A stretch of DNA of 64,000 nt, from contig DASCPX010000149.1 of NCBI GenBank assembly GCA_036012755.1, positions 1 through 64,000 of the forward strand. Reading direction: 5' to 3'. This DNA is from Myxococcota bacterium (lineage in GTDB: Bacteria > Myxococcota_A > UBA796 > CAJQPC01). Below are positions 31,135 through 40,650 of this stretch, in pieces; position 1 is the stretch's first letter; every line of letters begins with the position of its first letter. Under the pieces are notes generated by a model. It was given only the letters and a program-made list of their open reading frames with translations. It had not been told where the DNA came from and made no database searches. The translations under genes were made by a program, and so were the position numbers.

Positions 31135-31563
31135 TCACTCGGCGACGTCATCACCGTGGTCGAGCCAGGACTGGAGGATCAGCACCGCCGCCACCTGGTC
31201 GATGACCTGCTTGCGCTTCTTCCTCGAGATGTCGAGGCGGACCAGGATGGCCTCGGCGTCCACGCTCGAGTAGCGCTCGTCGACGTAGACCGGCTTCACG
31301 CCGAGCAGCTCGCCGAGGGCCTCGCCGACCTGCCGCGCGAGCCTGGCCGGACGCGCTTCTGTGTCGTCCAGCTCGAGAGGGAGGCCCACGACGAGGTGCT
31401 CGACGCCCTCCTCCTCGCAGATCCTGGCGAGGACCGCGGCGTCCTTGTTCACGCCGCGGCGAGCCAGCGTCGAGTGAGGCCGCGCCAGCATCCCGAGCTC
31501 ATCGCTGACCGCGATCCCGACGGTCTTGGTGCCCACGTCCAACCCGATGGCACGTCCTTGCAT
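31135..31563 (-). CDS. yqgF: Pre-16S rRNA nuclease YqgF / RuvX
   Basis: GLDVGTKTVGIAVSD, VVGLP, DERYSS, IDQVAAVLILQ. Confidence 0.93.
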   Translation of the reverse strand: MQGRAIGLDVGTKTVGIAVSDELGMLARPHSTLARRGVNKDAAVLARICEEEGVEHLVVGLPLELDDTEARPARLARQVGEALGELLGVKPVYVDERYSSVDAEAILVRLDISRKKRKQVIDQVAAVLILQSWLDHGDDVAE

Positions 31564-31581
31564 GGCGGGGTCCCCATGTTA

Positions 31582-31597
31582 CTGTACAGTTGTTCAG
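31582..31597 (+). promoter_or_regulatory. LexA (SOS) box
   Basis: CTGTACAGTTGTTCAG: CTG-N10-CAG, close to the Myxococcus consensus CTRHAMRYBYGTTCAGS; directly upstream of cinA-recA. Confidence 0.75.
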
Positions 31598-31608
31598 TTG
31601 GAGAGCAC

Positions 31609-32868
31609 GTGGAGCGCCCCCGGGCCGTGCTGCTGTCGCAGGGAGACGAGGTCCTAACCGGCCAGACTGTGGACACGAACGCGGCCTGGCTGGCGGAGCG
31701 CCTGACGGACCTCGGCTTCGACATCGTCCTGCAGATGACGGTGGGTGACCGCCTCCCTGCGCTAGCAGCTGCGATCGACGACTGTTTCCGCTCCGGGGAC
31801 CTGCTGGTCTGCACCGGCGGGCTCGGCCCGACCCAGGACGACCTGACCAGCGAAGCCGTCGCGCAGGTCCTCGGGTGTGAACTCCAACTCGACTCGGACG
31901 AGCTGGAGCACATCGAGGCGCTGTACGCCTCCTTCGGGCGCAGGATGGCCGCTAGCAACGAGAAGCAGGCCTGGCTCCCCTCCGCATCCTCGGCGCTCCG
32001 TAACAACTGGGGCACGGCACCCGGTTTCCTGGCTGAACACGCGGGCTCCCTCGGTCTCTTCGTCCCCGGCGTGCCCCGGGAGATGCACTCCTTCTGGCAA
32101 CACCACATCCGCCCGATCGTGCAGGAGCGCTTCGTCTTGCCTGGCGAACGTCTCCGCACGCTGCGCTGCCTGGGCATCGCCGAGTCGCGACTCGCCACCC
32201 TCCTCGCGCCCTTTGCGCATCTCGAGGGCATGGCGCTGGGCTTCCGGACGAAGCTCCCCGAGAACCAGGTCAAGCTCCGCTTCGCCCCCTCGATGAGCGC
32301 GGAGAGGGAGTCCGAGCTGGTCGATGCTGTCCGCGACACCATCGGAGACGCGGTCTTCGGCGTCGACTGCGGCCCCGTCGAAGAGGTCATCGGCGAGCTG
32401 CTGGTCGCCGCTGGAGAGACGGTCGCCACCGCCGAGTCCTGCACCGGAGGAGGCCTCTCCGCGGCCCTGACCTCCGTACCGGGCGCCTCCCGCTACTTCC
32501 TAGAGGGGAGCTGCGTCTACGCCAACGAGGCGAAGGTGCGGACCTGTGGAGTCGATCCAGCGATCCTGGCTGCCAGCGGCGCGGTCAGCGAGCCCGTAGC
32601 AATCCAGCTGGCTCGCGGCGTGCGCGTGCGGGCGGACAGCACCTACGGAATCGGCACGACCGGCATCGCCGGACCCGGAGGCGGCACCCCCGACAAGCCA
32701 GTCGGAACCGTGCACATCGCCGTCGCCACACCGACTGGAGTCCACCACCGCAGGCTCCGCCTCGCCGGCTCTCGCGAGCGCGTCATCAGGCTCACGACCG
32801 GTGCCGCGCTCGACCTCTTCCGGCGCCATCTGCAGGGGCGGACAATTTCTGACCGCCCGACCCCTTAA
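31609..32868 (+). CDS. cinA: Competence/damage-inducible protein CinA (MoCF-like + PncC NMN deamidase)
   Basis: GDEVLTGQTVDTN, GGLGPTQDDLT, AESCTGG, TGIAGPGG; GGAGAG SD before GTG 31609. Confidence 0.93.
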   Translation: MERPRAVLLSQGDEVLTGQTVDTNAAWLAERLTDLGFDIVLQMTVGDRLPALAAAIDDCFRSGDLLVCTGGLGPTQDDLTSEAVAQVLGCELQLDSDELEHIEALYASFGRRMAASNEKQAWLPSASSALRNNWGTAPGFLAEHAGSLGLFVPGVPREMHSFWQHHIRPIVQERFVLPGERLRTLRCLGIAESRLATLLAPFAHLEGMALGFRTKLPENQVKLRFAPSMSAERESELVDAVRDTIGDAVFGVDCGPVEEVIGELLVAAGETVATAESCTGGGLSAALTSVPGASRYFLEGSCVYANEAKVRTCGVDPAILAASGAVSEPVAIQLARGVRVRADSTYGIGTTGIAGPGGGTPDKPVGTVHIAVATPTGVHHRRLRLAGSRERVIRLTTGAALDLFRRHLQGRTISDRPTP

Positions 32869-32901
32869 GTTGCCATCATCTCCCCCAACGAGGACCCCGC
32901 A

Positions 32902-33930
32902 ATGCCTCTCGACACCGAACGCTCCAAGTCTCTCGAAGCCGCCCTCACCACGATCCGTCGCCAGTACGGGCAGGGCTCCATCATGCGCCTCGGGTCGGAT
33001 CACGCCCAGCGCATCGCCGTGATCTCGACCGGCTCGATCGGCCTCGACATCGCCCTCGGCGTCGGCGGCATCCCGAGGGGCCGCGTGGTCGAGATCTACG
33101 GCCCCGAAGCAAGCGGAAAGACGACCCTCGCCCTCCAGCTCATCGCAGAGGCCCAGCGCGGGGGGGGCGTCGCTGCATTCATCGACGCGGAACACGCCCT
33201 CGACCCGACCTATGCCGCGGCCCTCGGCGTGAACATCGACGAGCTCCTCATCTCCCAGCCCGACTACGGCGAGCAGGCCCTCGAGATCGCGGAGACGCTG
33301 GTCCGCTCCGGCGCACTGAGCATCGTCGTCATCGACTCGGTCGCCGCGCTGGTGCCCAAGGCAGAGCTGGAGGGAGACATGGGTGACTGCCTCCCGGGCC
33401 TCCAGGCTCGCCTGATGTCCCAGGCGCTGCGCAAGCTGACCGGTGCCATCCACAAGTCCGATACGGTCATGCTCTTCGTCAACCAGGTGCGGCACAAGAT
33501 CGGCGTCATGTTCGGCAACCCGGAGACCACCTCGGGCGGAAACGCCCTGAAGTTCTACTCCTCTGTGCGTCTGGACATCCGCCGGATCGGAGCCATCAAG
33601 AAGGGCGAGGACATCCTGGGCAACCGCACTCGGGTCAAGGTCGTCAAGAACAAGGTCGCGCCCCCCTTCCGCAAGGCGGAGTTCGACATCCTCTACGGCA
33701 AGGGCATCTCGCTGGCGGGCGAACTCCTCGACATCGGCGTCGACGAGGGCATCATTCGCAAGGCCGGCTCCTGGTACTCGATGGGCGACGAGCGCATCGG
33801 CCAGGGCCGCGAGAACGCACGTCTCTGGCTGCTCGACAACCCGGAGGCGATGAAGGCCCTGCAGAACACGGTGATGCACAAGCACGGCCTGCTCGACGAG
33901 GAGCCACCAGCGGAAGCCCGCACACACTGA
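32902..33930 (+). CDS. recA: Recombinase A
   Basis: [37 protein letters not shown]. Confidence 0.99.
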   Translation: MPLDTERSKSLEAALTTIRRQYGQGSIMRLGSDHAQRIAVISTGSIGLDIALGVGGIPRGRVVEIYGPEASGKTTLALQLIAEAQRGGGVAAFIDAEHALDPTYAAALGVNIDELLISQPDYGEQALEIAETLVRSGALSIVVIDSVAALVPKAELEGDMGDCLPGLQARLMSQALRKLTGAIHKSDTVMLFVNQVRHKIGVMFGNPETTSGGNALKFYSSVRLDIRRIGAIKKGEDILGNRTRVKVVKNKVAPPFRKAEFDILYGKGISLAGELLDIGVDEGIIRKAGSWYSMGDERIGQGRENARLWLLDNPEAMKALQNTVMHKHGLLDEEPPAEARTH

Positions 33931-33939
33931 GGGTTTTTA

Positions 33940-34091
33940 TAGGGGGACCCCTGCAGGTCCCCCTACGCGCCTTCGGCGCTCACCCCCCCGGCGGCTCTGC
34001 GCCTCGCTGTCGCCTCGTTGCCCGGCGACCCTCTGCAGGTCCCGCTGCGCGCCTTCGGCGCTCCCCCCCCCCGCAGCTCTGCGCGCAGCGG
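33940..34091. repeat. Two tandem copies of a ~52-bp palindromic REP-like unit
   Basis: Copies at 33951-34002 and 34033-34084 (ctgcaggtccc..cgcgccttcggcgctc-polyC-gc.gctctgcgc); 10-bp stem 33940-33949/33956-33965. Confidence 0.75.
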
Positions 34092-34132
34092 CTCCTGGGC
34101 CGACCTTCGGCTCTCCTGCGTTAGAGACGCTC

Positions 34133-35230
34133 ATGGACATCGACGCAATCTGCCGCGCGGCGCTCGCTGCCGGAGCATCCGACATTCACATCAAGGCAGG
34201 CTTGCCTCCCCTGGTGCGGATCGACGGCGAGATCCGGCGCATCCCGCGCGCGCCGGCTCTGACCAACGATCACATAAACAAGATGGCCTGGACGATCATG
34301 AAGCCCGGTCAGCGCGAGAGGTTCAAGGTCAGTCCAGACGTCGACATGGCCCACTCCGTGCCCAACGCCGGGCGCTTCCGCGTCAACGTCTTCCGGCAGC
34401 GCGGCCAGATCGGCATGGTGCTGCGTGCCATCCCCGCCAAGATCAAGACCGTAGACGAGCTGGGCCTCCCAAAGGTGCTCAAGCTCTTCGCCAACGAACA
34501 CCGCGGGTTGATCCTGCTGACCGGGGCCACCGGCTCGGGAAAGAGCACGACGCTGGCTGGGATCATCGAGGAGATCAACCAGTCGCAAGCTCATCACATC
34601 CTGACGATCGAAGACCCGATCGAGTTCGCGTTCACGGATCATCGCTCGGTCGTCAACCAGCGCGAGATCGGGTCCGACAGCGCCAGCTTCCACGACGCCC
34701 TCCGTGCCGCCCTACGGCAGGACCCCGACGTCATCCTCATCGGCGAGCTCCGTGACAAGGAGACGATGGAGATCGCGATGACCGCCGCCGAGACGGGCCA
34801 CCTCGTCCTCGGCACGCTCCACACGATCAACGCACCAGAGGCCATTCAGCGGATCGTGAACTTCTTCGAGCCTCACCACCAGCAGTCCATCCGACAGATG
34901 CTGGGCGCCGTCCTGGTCGCGATCATCAGCCAGCGGCTCGTGCCAAGGAAGGGTGGCGGGCGCGTGGCGGCCGTCGAGATCATGCGAAACGCCGGGGCTG
35001 TGGGCGAGTGCATCGTCGACGCGACGCGGGTGAGGGAGATCCCCGATCTCCTCGCGAAGGGGACATCGCAGTACGGCAGCCAGAGCTTCGACCAGAGCCT
35101 CTTCTGGCACTACCAGGACGGGCTCATCGACATGGAAGACCTCATGCGCTTCGCCTCCAACGCAGACGACCTGCAGCTACGCCTCAGCGGCATCGCGTCG
35201 GACGAGTGGATTCGCCCCGCCTTCGTCTGA
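34133..35230 (+). CDS. pilT: Type IV pilus retraction ATPase, PilT/PilU family paralog
   Basis: ASDIH, RFRVNVF, GATGSGKST, TIEDPIE, RQDPDVILIGELRD, TGHLV; the AIRNLIRE motif is absent. Confidence 0.88.
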   Translation: MDIDAICRAALAAGASDIHIKAGLPPLVRIDGEIRRIPRAPALTNDHINKMAWTIMKPGQRERFKVSPDVDMAHSVPNAGRFRVNVFRQRGQIGMVLRAIPAKIKTVDELGLPKVLKLFANEHRGLILLTGATGSGKSTTLAGIIEEINQSQAHHILTIEDPIEFAFTDHRSVVNQREIGSDSASFHDALRAALRQDPDVILIGELRDKETMEIAMTAAETGHLVLGTLHTINAPEAIQRIVNFFEPHHQQSIRQMLGAVLVAIISQRLVPRKGGGRVAAVEIMRNAGAVGECIVDATRVREIPDLLAKGTSQYGSQSFDQSLFWHYQDGLIDMEDLMRFASNADDLQLRLSGIASDEWIRPAFV

Positions 35231-35275
35231 GGCGTCGGCGCGATAAGAACGGTGGCTCCCGAGTAGGACAGCCCC

Positions 35276-37906
35276 GTGAAGACCGCCGAGATCCGCCGTC
35301 GCTTCATCCAGTTCTTCGTGGACCGTGGGCACGCCCACCTCCAGTCGGCGCCGCTGGTCCCGGAGAACGACCCCACGCTCTTCTTCGTGAACGCCGGCAT
35401 GGTGCAGTTCAAGGACGTCTTCACCGGCGCCGCACCGGCACAGCACCAGCGCGCCACGACCTCGCAGAAGTGTCTCCGAGTCAGCGGAAAGCACAACGAT
35501 CTCGAGCTGGTGGGCCGCACCGCGCGACACCACACCTTCTTCGAGATGCTCGGGAACTTCTCCTTCGGCGACTACTTCAAGGAAGACGCCATCCCGATGG
35601 CCTGGGAGCTCCTCACCGGCCCAGAGGACGCCGGCTGCTTCGAACTCGATCCCGACCGGCTCTGGGTGACGATCTTCACGGACGACGACGAAGCCCACGC
35701 CATCTGGACGAAGAAGGTCGGCGTCCCCGAGGAGCGCGTCCAGCGCCTCGGCGTCAAGGACAACTTCTGGTCCATGGGGGACACCGGCCCCTGCGGTCCC
35801 TGCTCCGAGATCCACTGGGACCACGGGCCGGCCCATGACCCCGCCGGTGGCGGCCCCGTGACGGAGTCCGATCGCTACGTCGAGATCTGGAACAACGTCT
35901 TCATGCAGTTCGACCAGGCACCCGACGGCACGCGCACGGACCTGCCGAAGCCCAGCATCGACACGGGCATGGGCCTCGAGCGCCTCGCGGCCATCAAGCA
36001 GGGCTTCTACTGGAACTACGACACGGACATCTTCCAGGGCATCATCCGCTGCACTGGCGAGCTCGCAGGCAAGCGCTACGGGGGATCCCACGCAGCGGAC
36101 GACGTCGCGCTGCGGGTCATCGCGGACCACGCCAGGGCGGCCGCCTTCCTGATCACCGACGGCGTGATGCCGGGCAACAGCGAGCGGGAGTACGTGCTCC
36201 GCCGCATCATGCGCAGGGCGATCCGCTACGGCGTGACCCTCGGCCTGAAGGAGCCCTTTCTCTACAAGGCCTCCGACACGGTCATCGAGACGATGGGCGA
36301 GGCCTACCCGGAGCTCGTCGAGCGGCGGGACTTCGTCCTCGACGTCATCCGCGCAGAAGAGGAGCGCTTCGGCCAGACCCTGGACAAGGGGCTGGGGCTC
36401 CTGGACGAGGCCATCGGAAAGAGCCCCGACGTCCTCTCCGGCGAGGTCGTCTTCAAGCTCTACGACACGTTCGGCTTCCCTCCGGACCTGACCCGGCTCA
36501 TCGCCGCCGAGCGCCGGATCTCCATCGACGAGGCCGGCTACGAGGCCTGCATGGAGGCCCAGCGCGACAAGGGGCGCGCTGCGTGGAAGGGCACGAGCCA
36601 GACAAGCATCAGCGAGGTCCACGCTGGCCTCTCCACGCTCGGGGCCACCGGCTTCACGGGCTACACCCGCGACCAGGACAAGGGCTCGGTCGCCGCCATC
36701 GTTCAGGACGGCGAGCGCGTCGAGACCATCTCGGAGGGTCGGGCCGACATCGTGCTCCACGACAGCCCCTTCTACGCCGAGTCCGGCGGCCAGGTCGGGG
36801 ACAGCGGGCAGCTGCGCTTCTCGGGTGGCTCGTTCCGGGTCGACGACGTGACCAAGGCCCCCGGCGAGGTCTTCCTCCACAAGGGTGAGCTGGTCTCCGG
36901 AACGCTCCGGGTGGGCGCAGAGGTCGAGTCGGTGGTGAACGGAGAGAGTCGCGACCGCACCCGCCTGAACCACACGGCGACCCACCTGCTGCAGGCAGCG
37001 CTGAAGCAGGTCCTCGGCAGCCACGTCCAGCAGAAGGGCTCACTCGTGGACCCCGAGCGGCTGCGCTTCGACTTCAGCCATCACAAGGCGCTCGACCAGG
37101 AAGACCTCGTGAGGCTGGAGGACATCGTCTACGCCAGGATCCTCGCGAACGAGCCCGTCGAGACCGAGCTCGAGGACCTCGAGCAGGCCAAGGCCGAGGG
37201 AGCCACCGCGCTCTTTGGGGAGAAGTACGGCGAGGTGGTCCGCGTCGTCTCCGTCGGAGACTTCAGCGTCGAGCTCTGCGGTGGCACCCACGCCTCCCGC
37301 ACCGGGGACATCGGCCTGTTCCGCATCACCTCGGAGTCCGGCATCGCCGCCGGCGTGCGTCGCATCGAGGCCCTCACCGGATCCCACGCGCTGGCCTGGA
37401 CGCGAGACCGGGACCAGGCCGCAACCGCCGCCGCGGGTCGCTTGCGCACACCGCTGGGGCAGCTCGCAGAGGCGCTCGACCGCATCGTCGCGGACCGCAA
37501 GCGCCTCGAGAAGGAGCTGGAGGCCGCCAAGCGCGAGCTGTTGCGGGCCACCGCAGGTGATCTCTCCGCCGAGGCCAGGGACATCGACGGCATCAAGGTC
37601 CTCGCCGCCGAGCTGCCCGGCGACGCAAGCTCGCTTCGTGACGAGGCAGACCGCCTGCGCTCCCAGCTGGGCACAGCCCTGGTGGTGCTCGGCTCACGCC
37701 AGGGCGGGAAGGTCGTCCTGGTGGCCGCCGCGACCAGTGACATCGCCGGAAGCCGGGTCCACGCCGGCAAGATCGTCGGCGCGGTCGCCAAGCTCGTAGG
37801 TGGGGGCGGGGGCGGTCGCCCGGACATGGCCCAGGCCGGCGGGCGAAACCCGGACGCCCTGCCCGCCGCGCTGGAGCACGTCTACACGCTGGTGGGTAGC
37901 GGCTGA
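35276..37906 (+). CDS. alaS: Alanine--tRNA ligase
   Basis: NAGMVQFK, HHTFFEMLGNFSFGDYFK, DTGMGLER, HTATH, ELCGGTH, GGGGRPDMAQAGG. Confidence 0.99.
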   Translation: MKTAEIRRRFIQFFVDRGHAHLQSAPLVPENDPTLFFVNAGMVQFKDVFTGAAPAQHQRATTSQKCLRVSGKHNDLELVGRTARHHTFFEMLGNFSFGDYFKEDAIPMAWELLTGPEDAGCFELDPDRLWVTIFTDDDEAHAIWTKKVGVPEERVQRLGVKDNFWSMGDTGPCGPCSEIHWDHGPAHDPAGGGPVTESDRYVEIWNNVFMQFDQAPDGTRTDLPKPSIDTGMGLERLAAIKQGFYWNYDTDIFQGIIRCTGELAGKRYGGSHAADDVALRVIADHARAAAFLITDGVMPGNSEREYVLRRIMRRAIRYGVTLGLKEPFLYKASDTVIETMGEAYPELVERRDFVLDVIRAEEERFGQTLDKGLGLLDEAIGKSPDVLSGEVVFKLYDTFGFPPDLTRLIAAERRISIDEAGYEACMEAQRDKGRAAWKGTSQTSISEVHAGLSTLGATGFTGYTRDQDKGSVAAIVQDGERVETISEGRADIVLHDSPFYAESGGQVGDSGQLRFSGGSFRVDDVTKAPGEVFLHKGELVSGTLRVGAEVESVVNGESRDRTRLNHTATHLLQAALKQVLGSHVQQKGSLVDPERLRFDFSHHKALDQEDLVRLEDIVYARILANEPVETELEDLEQAKAEGATALFGEKYGEVVRVVSVGDFSVELCGGTHASRTGDIGLFRITSESGIAAGVRRIEALTGSHALAWTRDRDQAATAAAGRLRTPLGQLAEALDRIVADRKRLEKELEAAKRELLRATAGDLSAEARDIDGIKVLAAELPGDASSLRDEADRLRSQLGTALVVLGSRQGGKVVLVAAATSDIAGSRVHAGKIVGAVAKLVGGGGGGRPDMAQAGGRNPDALPAALEHVYTLVGSG

Positions 37907-38004
37907 CGCGCCGGGCGCGAAGGCACTTTCGCGCTCGCTACCGCGATCCAACGGGATATCAGTCACTTCGCCCCCGGTTTGATTCTTGCAGAGGCATTCT
38001 CTCC

Positions 38005-39012
38005 GTGCTGCCTGCTCACCATCCGTCGACCGGCCGCTTCGGCGTCATCCTCAACGCCAACGCCGGTCGGGTGACCCGCTTCCTCGCTCAGCGCGTGCGC
38101 TGGGCGGTTGGTGACGAGCACGTCTTCCTCACCCAGAGTCAGGAGCACGCCGACGAGGCGCTGCGCACCTGCTTGGAGCGGGACTACAGCGCCGTGTTCG
38201 CCGGCGGCGGTGACGGCACCATCGTCGACACGATCAACGCGCTGGAGCGCCACCGCCCAGAGGTCGAGCGGCTCCCCGCCGTCGGCGTCCTGAGACTGGG
38301 CACCGGCAACGCCCTGGCCCACTGGCTCGGTGCCGGCTGGCCCGTCCTGGATCTCCGGCGCTTCGCCACCGGAGGCTTCCACACACGCCAGTCCATCCGC
38401 ATGGTCTGGTCAGAAGGCACCGTGTTCCCCTTCGGCGGCCTCGGCCACGACGCCGCCATCCTGAACCACTACTACGAGCTCAAGAAGAAGATGAAGGGCA
38501 CGGCCCTGGCGTCGCTCTGCAGCGGGCTCTCCGGCTACCTGATCGCAGGCTTCGGCAAGACCCTGCCGACCTACCTGTCACGGGACAACACCCAGATGCG
38601 CGTCGTGAATGTCGGCGCCCCGGCCCGTCGCATCCGGCCGGGGGGCGACACTTTCGGCCCCGAGCTCCCAGCAGGCGCGACCCTCTACGAGGGCCCAGCC
38701 TGCTTCGTCGGCGCCGCCACGACACCGCTGTTGGGCTACGGCATGAAGTTCTTCCCGTACGCGACGACACGCCCCAACCGCCTGCACCTGCGGTTGTTGA
38801 ACTTCACACCCTGGGAGTGCGCCATGAGGCTTCCAGCCGGATGGCGCGGCACGCTCTCTGGCGAGGGTGTCTTCGACTGGTACGCCGAGCGGGTCCGGGT
38901 CACCTTCGAGCACGCCCTGCCCTACCAGATGGGTGGCGATCCGAAGGGCTACCGGACCGAAGTCAACTTCGGGCTCTCGGAACACGCCGTGACGCTGATC
39001 GGCCAGGCCTAG
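38005..39012 (+). CDS. Diacylglycerol kinase family protein
   Basis: ILNANAG, GGGDGT, LGTGNAL. Confidence 0.85.
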   Translation: MLPAHHPSTGRFGVILNANAGRVTRFLAQRVRWAVGDEHVFLTQSQEHADEALRTCLERDYSAVFAGGGDGTIVDTINALERHRPEVERLPAVGVLRLGTGNALAHWLGAGWPVLDLRRFATGGFHTRQSIRMVWSEGTVFPFGGLGHDAAILNHYYELKKKMKGTALASLCSGLSGYLIAGFGKTLPTYLSRDNTQMRVVNVGAPARRIRPGGDTFGPELPAGATLYEGPACFVGAATTPLLGYGMKFFPYATTRPNRLHLRLLNFTPWECAMRLPAGWRGTLSGEGVFDWYAERVRVTFEHALPYQMGGDPKGYRTEVNFGLSEHAVTLIGQA

Positions 39013-39063
39013 AGCACTCCGCTTTCTCGTTATTGCCAGCCCCCCCTCGTTCCGGGAGCTGAG

Positions 39064-39831
39064 ATGCAGGTCGCAGGTAGCAAGGCCGTCGTCACCGGCG
39101 GCGCCTCTGGCATGGGCCGTCACTTCGTCCTCGCGCTCGCTCGGGCGGGGGCCGATGTCGCCCTCTGCGACCTGAACGCTGACAGCATCGCCGCGGTCGA
39201 GGCCGACGCCGAGGCGCTGCCAGGCAAGGTCGTCGGCTTCGTGTGCGATGTCGCCGACGAGGACCAGGTCATCGGCTTCATCGACGCCGCCTTCGATGCC
39301 CTCGGCGGCCTCGACGTGCTCATAAACAACGCGGGCATCTTCCGCGACGGCCTCCTGGTCAAGAAGGACAAGGAGACGGGCGAGGTCAGGAAGATGAGCC
39401 TGCGCAAGTGGCAGTCGGTCATCGACGTCGACCTCACCGGTCCCTTCCTCATGACCCGCGAGTTCGCCGCCCGCTGCATCGAGACCGACACCAAGCCCGC
39501 GGTGGTCGTGAACATCAGCTCCGTCGCCCGCTACGGAAACCGCGGCCAGAGCAACTACAGCGCAGCGAAAGCCGGCCTCGTCGCGGACACCAAGCTCTGG
39601 TCCATCGAGCTCGCCAGGTATGGCATCCGGACCGGCGCGATCGCTCCCGGCTTCGTCGACACACCGATCCTCCAGGGAATGCCGGATGGCGTGCTCCAGG
39701 CGATGCTGAAGCCCGTCCCTCTCCGCCGCGTCGGCGACCCGGAGGAGATCTGGATGGGCGTGAAGTTCATCATCGAGTGCGACTACTTCACCGGTCGCTG
39801 CATCGACATCGATGGCGGGCTGGTGCTGTAG
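39064..39831 (+). CDS. SDR oxidoreductase (FabG-like)
   Basis: TGGASGMG, NNAGI, YSAAK. Confidence 0.92.
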   Translation: MQVAGSKAVVTGGASGMGRHFVLALARAGADVALCDLNADSIAAVEADAEALPGKVVGFVCDVADEDQVIGFIDAAFDALGGLDVLINNAGIFRDGLLVKKDKETGEVRKMSLRKWQSVIDVDLTGPFLMTREFAARCIETDTKPAVVVNISSVARYGNRGQSNYSAAKAGLVADTKLWSIELARYGIRTGAIAPGFVDTPILQGMPDGVLQAMLKPVPLRRVGDPEEIWMGVKFIIECDYFTGRCIDIDGGLVL

Positions 39832-39841
39832 CCTTCGAGGG

Positions 39842-40588
39842 CTACTCGGAGAAGGCCTCTGGCGCCTTGCGCCTGGCCCACTTGACGCGCCAGTGGTCGG
39901 GATGGTCGACCTCGAGGCGGGATGCAGCCTGCTCCGCGTCATCGTCCCGGTCGAGTTCGTCGTATGCGACGACCAGCATCGCCAGCGCCTTTGGAGCCTC
40001 GCTGCACTCCGGGTACGTGCGGAGCGCACCCTCCATGCGACTGACCACCGCTGGCCACGCGTTGACGTGCTCCTCTCCGCGGGAGGCGCGGTGGAAGTAG
40101 AACTCGCCGATGACGACCTCTTTTCGGGCGAGGCGGTCGCGGGCCTCTCCCAGCTTCTCGTTGACCTCGTCGACGTACTCGCTCTCGGCGTAGCGCGTGT
40201 CGAAGCCGGTCCAGGTGTTGACCGCCTGGCGCGTCCAGCTCTGGTCGCGGCTGGCGATACGCGGTGCCTTCTTCCAAGAGGTCATTCCGAGGCGAAACAC
40301 GACGTAGTCGACGTCCTCGTGGCGCGGGTGGAGCCGCAGGAAGTCCTCGTAGGCCAGCCGTGCCTGGTCCCACTCGGACTTCTTGAAGTAGAGGTCCGCG
40401 ATCGCGAGCTCCGCCTTCACCGCGTAGGGGTCGTCCCGGTGGTAGTTCCGGATGCGGTTGAAGTTCTCGAGGGCTTTGACGTAGTAGCCGCGCTTCATGT
40501 ACTTGAGGCCCTGCTCGTACTGCTCCTCGACCGTCTGGTTCTTCGCAGCGACGGCGGGGAGCGACAGGGTCAGCAACAGCGCGAACAT
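39842..40588 (-). CDS. bamD: Outer membrane protein assembly factor BamD
   Basis: TPR repeats, FLRLHP.H..VDYV, RDQSWT.QA, LARKE..IG.FY. Confidence 0.88.
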   Translation of the reverse strand: MFALLLTLSLPAVAAKNQTVEEQYEQGLKYMKRGYYVKALENFNRIRNYHRDDPYAVKAELAIADLYFKKSEWDQARLAYEDFLRLHPRHEDVDYVVFRLGMTSWKKAPRIASRDQSWTRQAVNTWTGFDTRYAESEYVDEVNEKLGEARDRLARKEVVIGEFYFHRASRGEEHVNAWPAVVSRMEGALRTYPECSEAPKALAMLVVAYDELDRDDDAEQAASRLEVDHPDHWRVKWARRKAPEAFSE

Positions 40589-40615
40589 GGCGGGCAAGCT
40601 ACCCCTACGCGCCCG

Positions 40616-40644
40616 TTGACGCCACCAATCACGGATCCTAGATG
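40616..40644 (+). promoter_or_regulatory. Sigma70-like promoter abutting the degP start (probably leaderless)
   Basis: TTGACG-N17-TAGATG, then 6 nt to ATG 40651. Confidence 0.55.
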
Positions 40645-40650
40645 AGCCCC

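Noticed and set aside
31548..31562. TGGCACGTCCTTGCA as a sigma54 promoter for cinA
   Set aside because: The GG-GC spacing is one base short, and the site lies inside the yqgF coding region.
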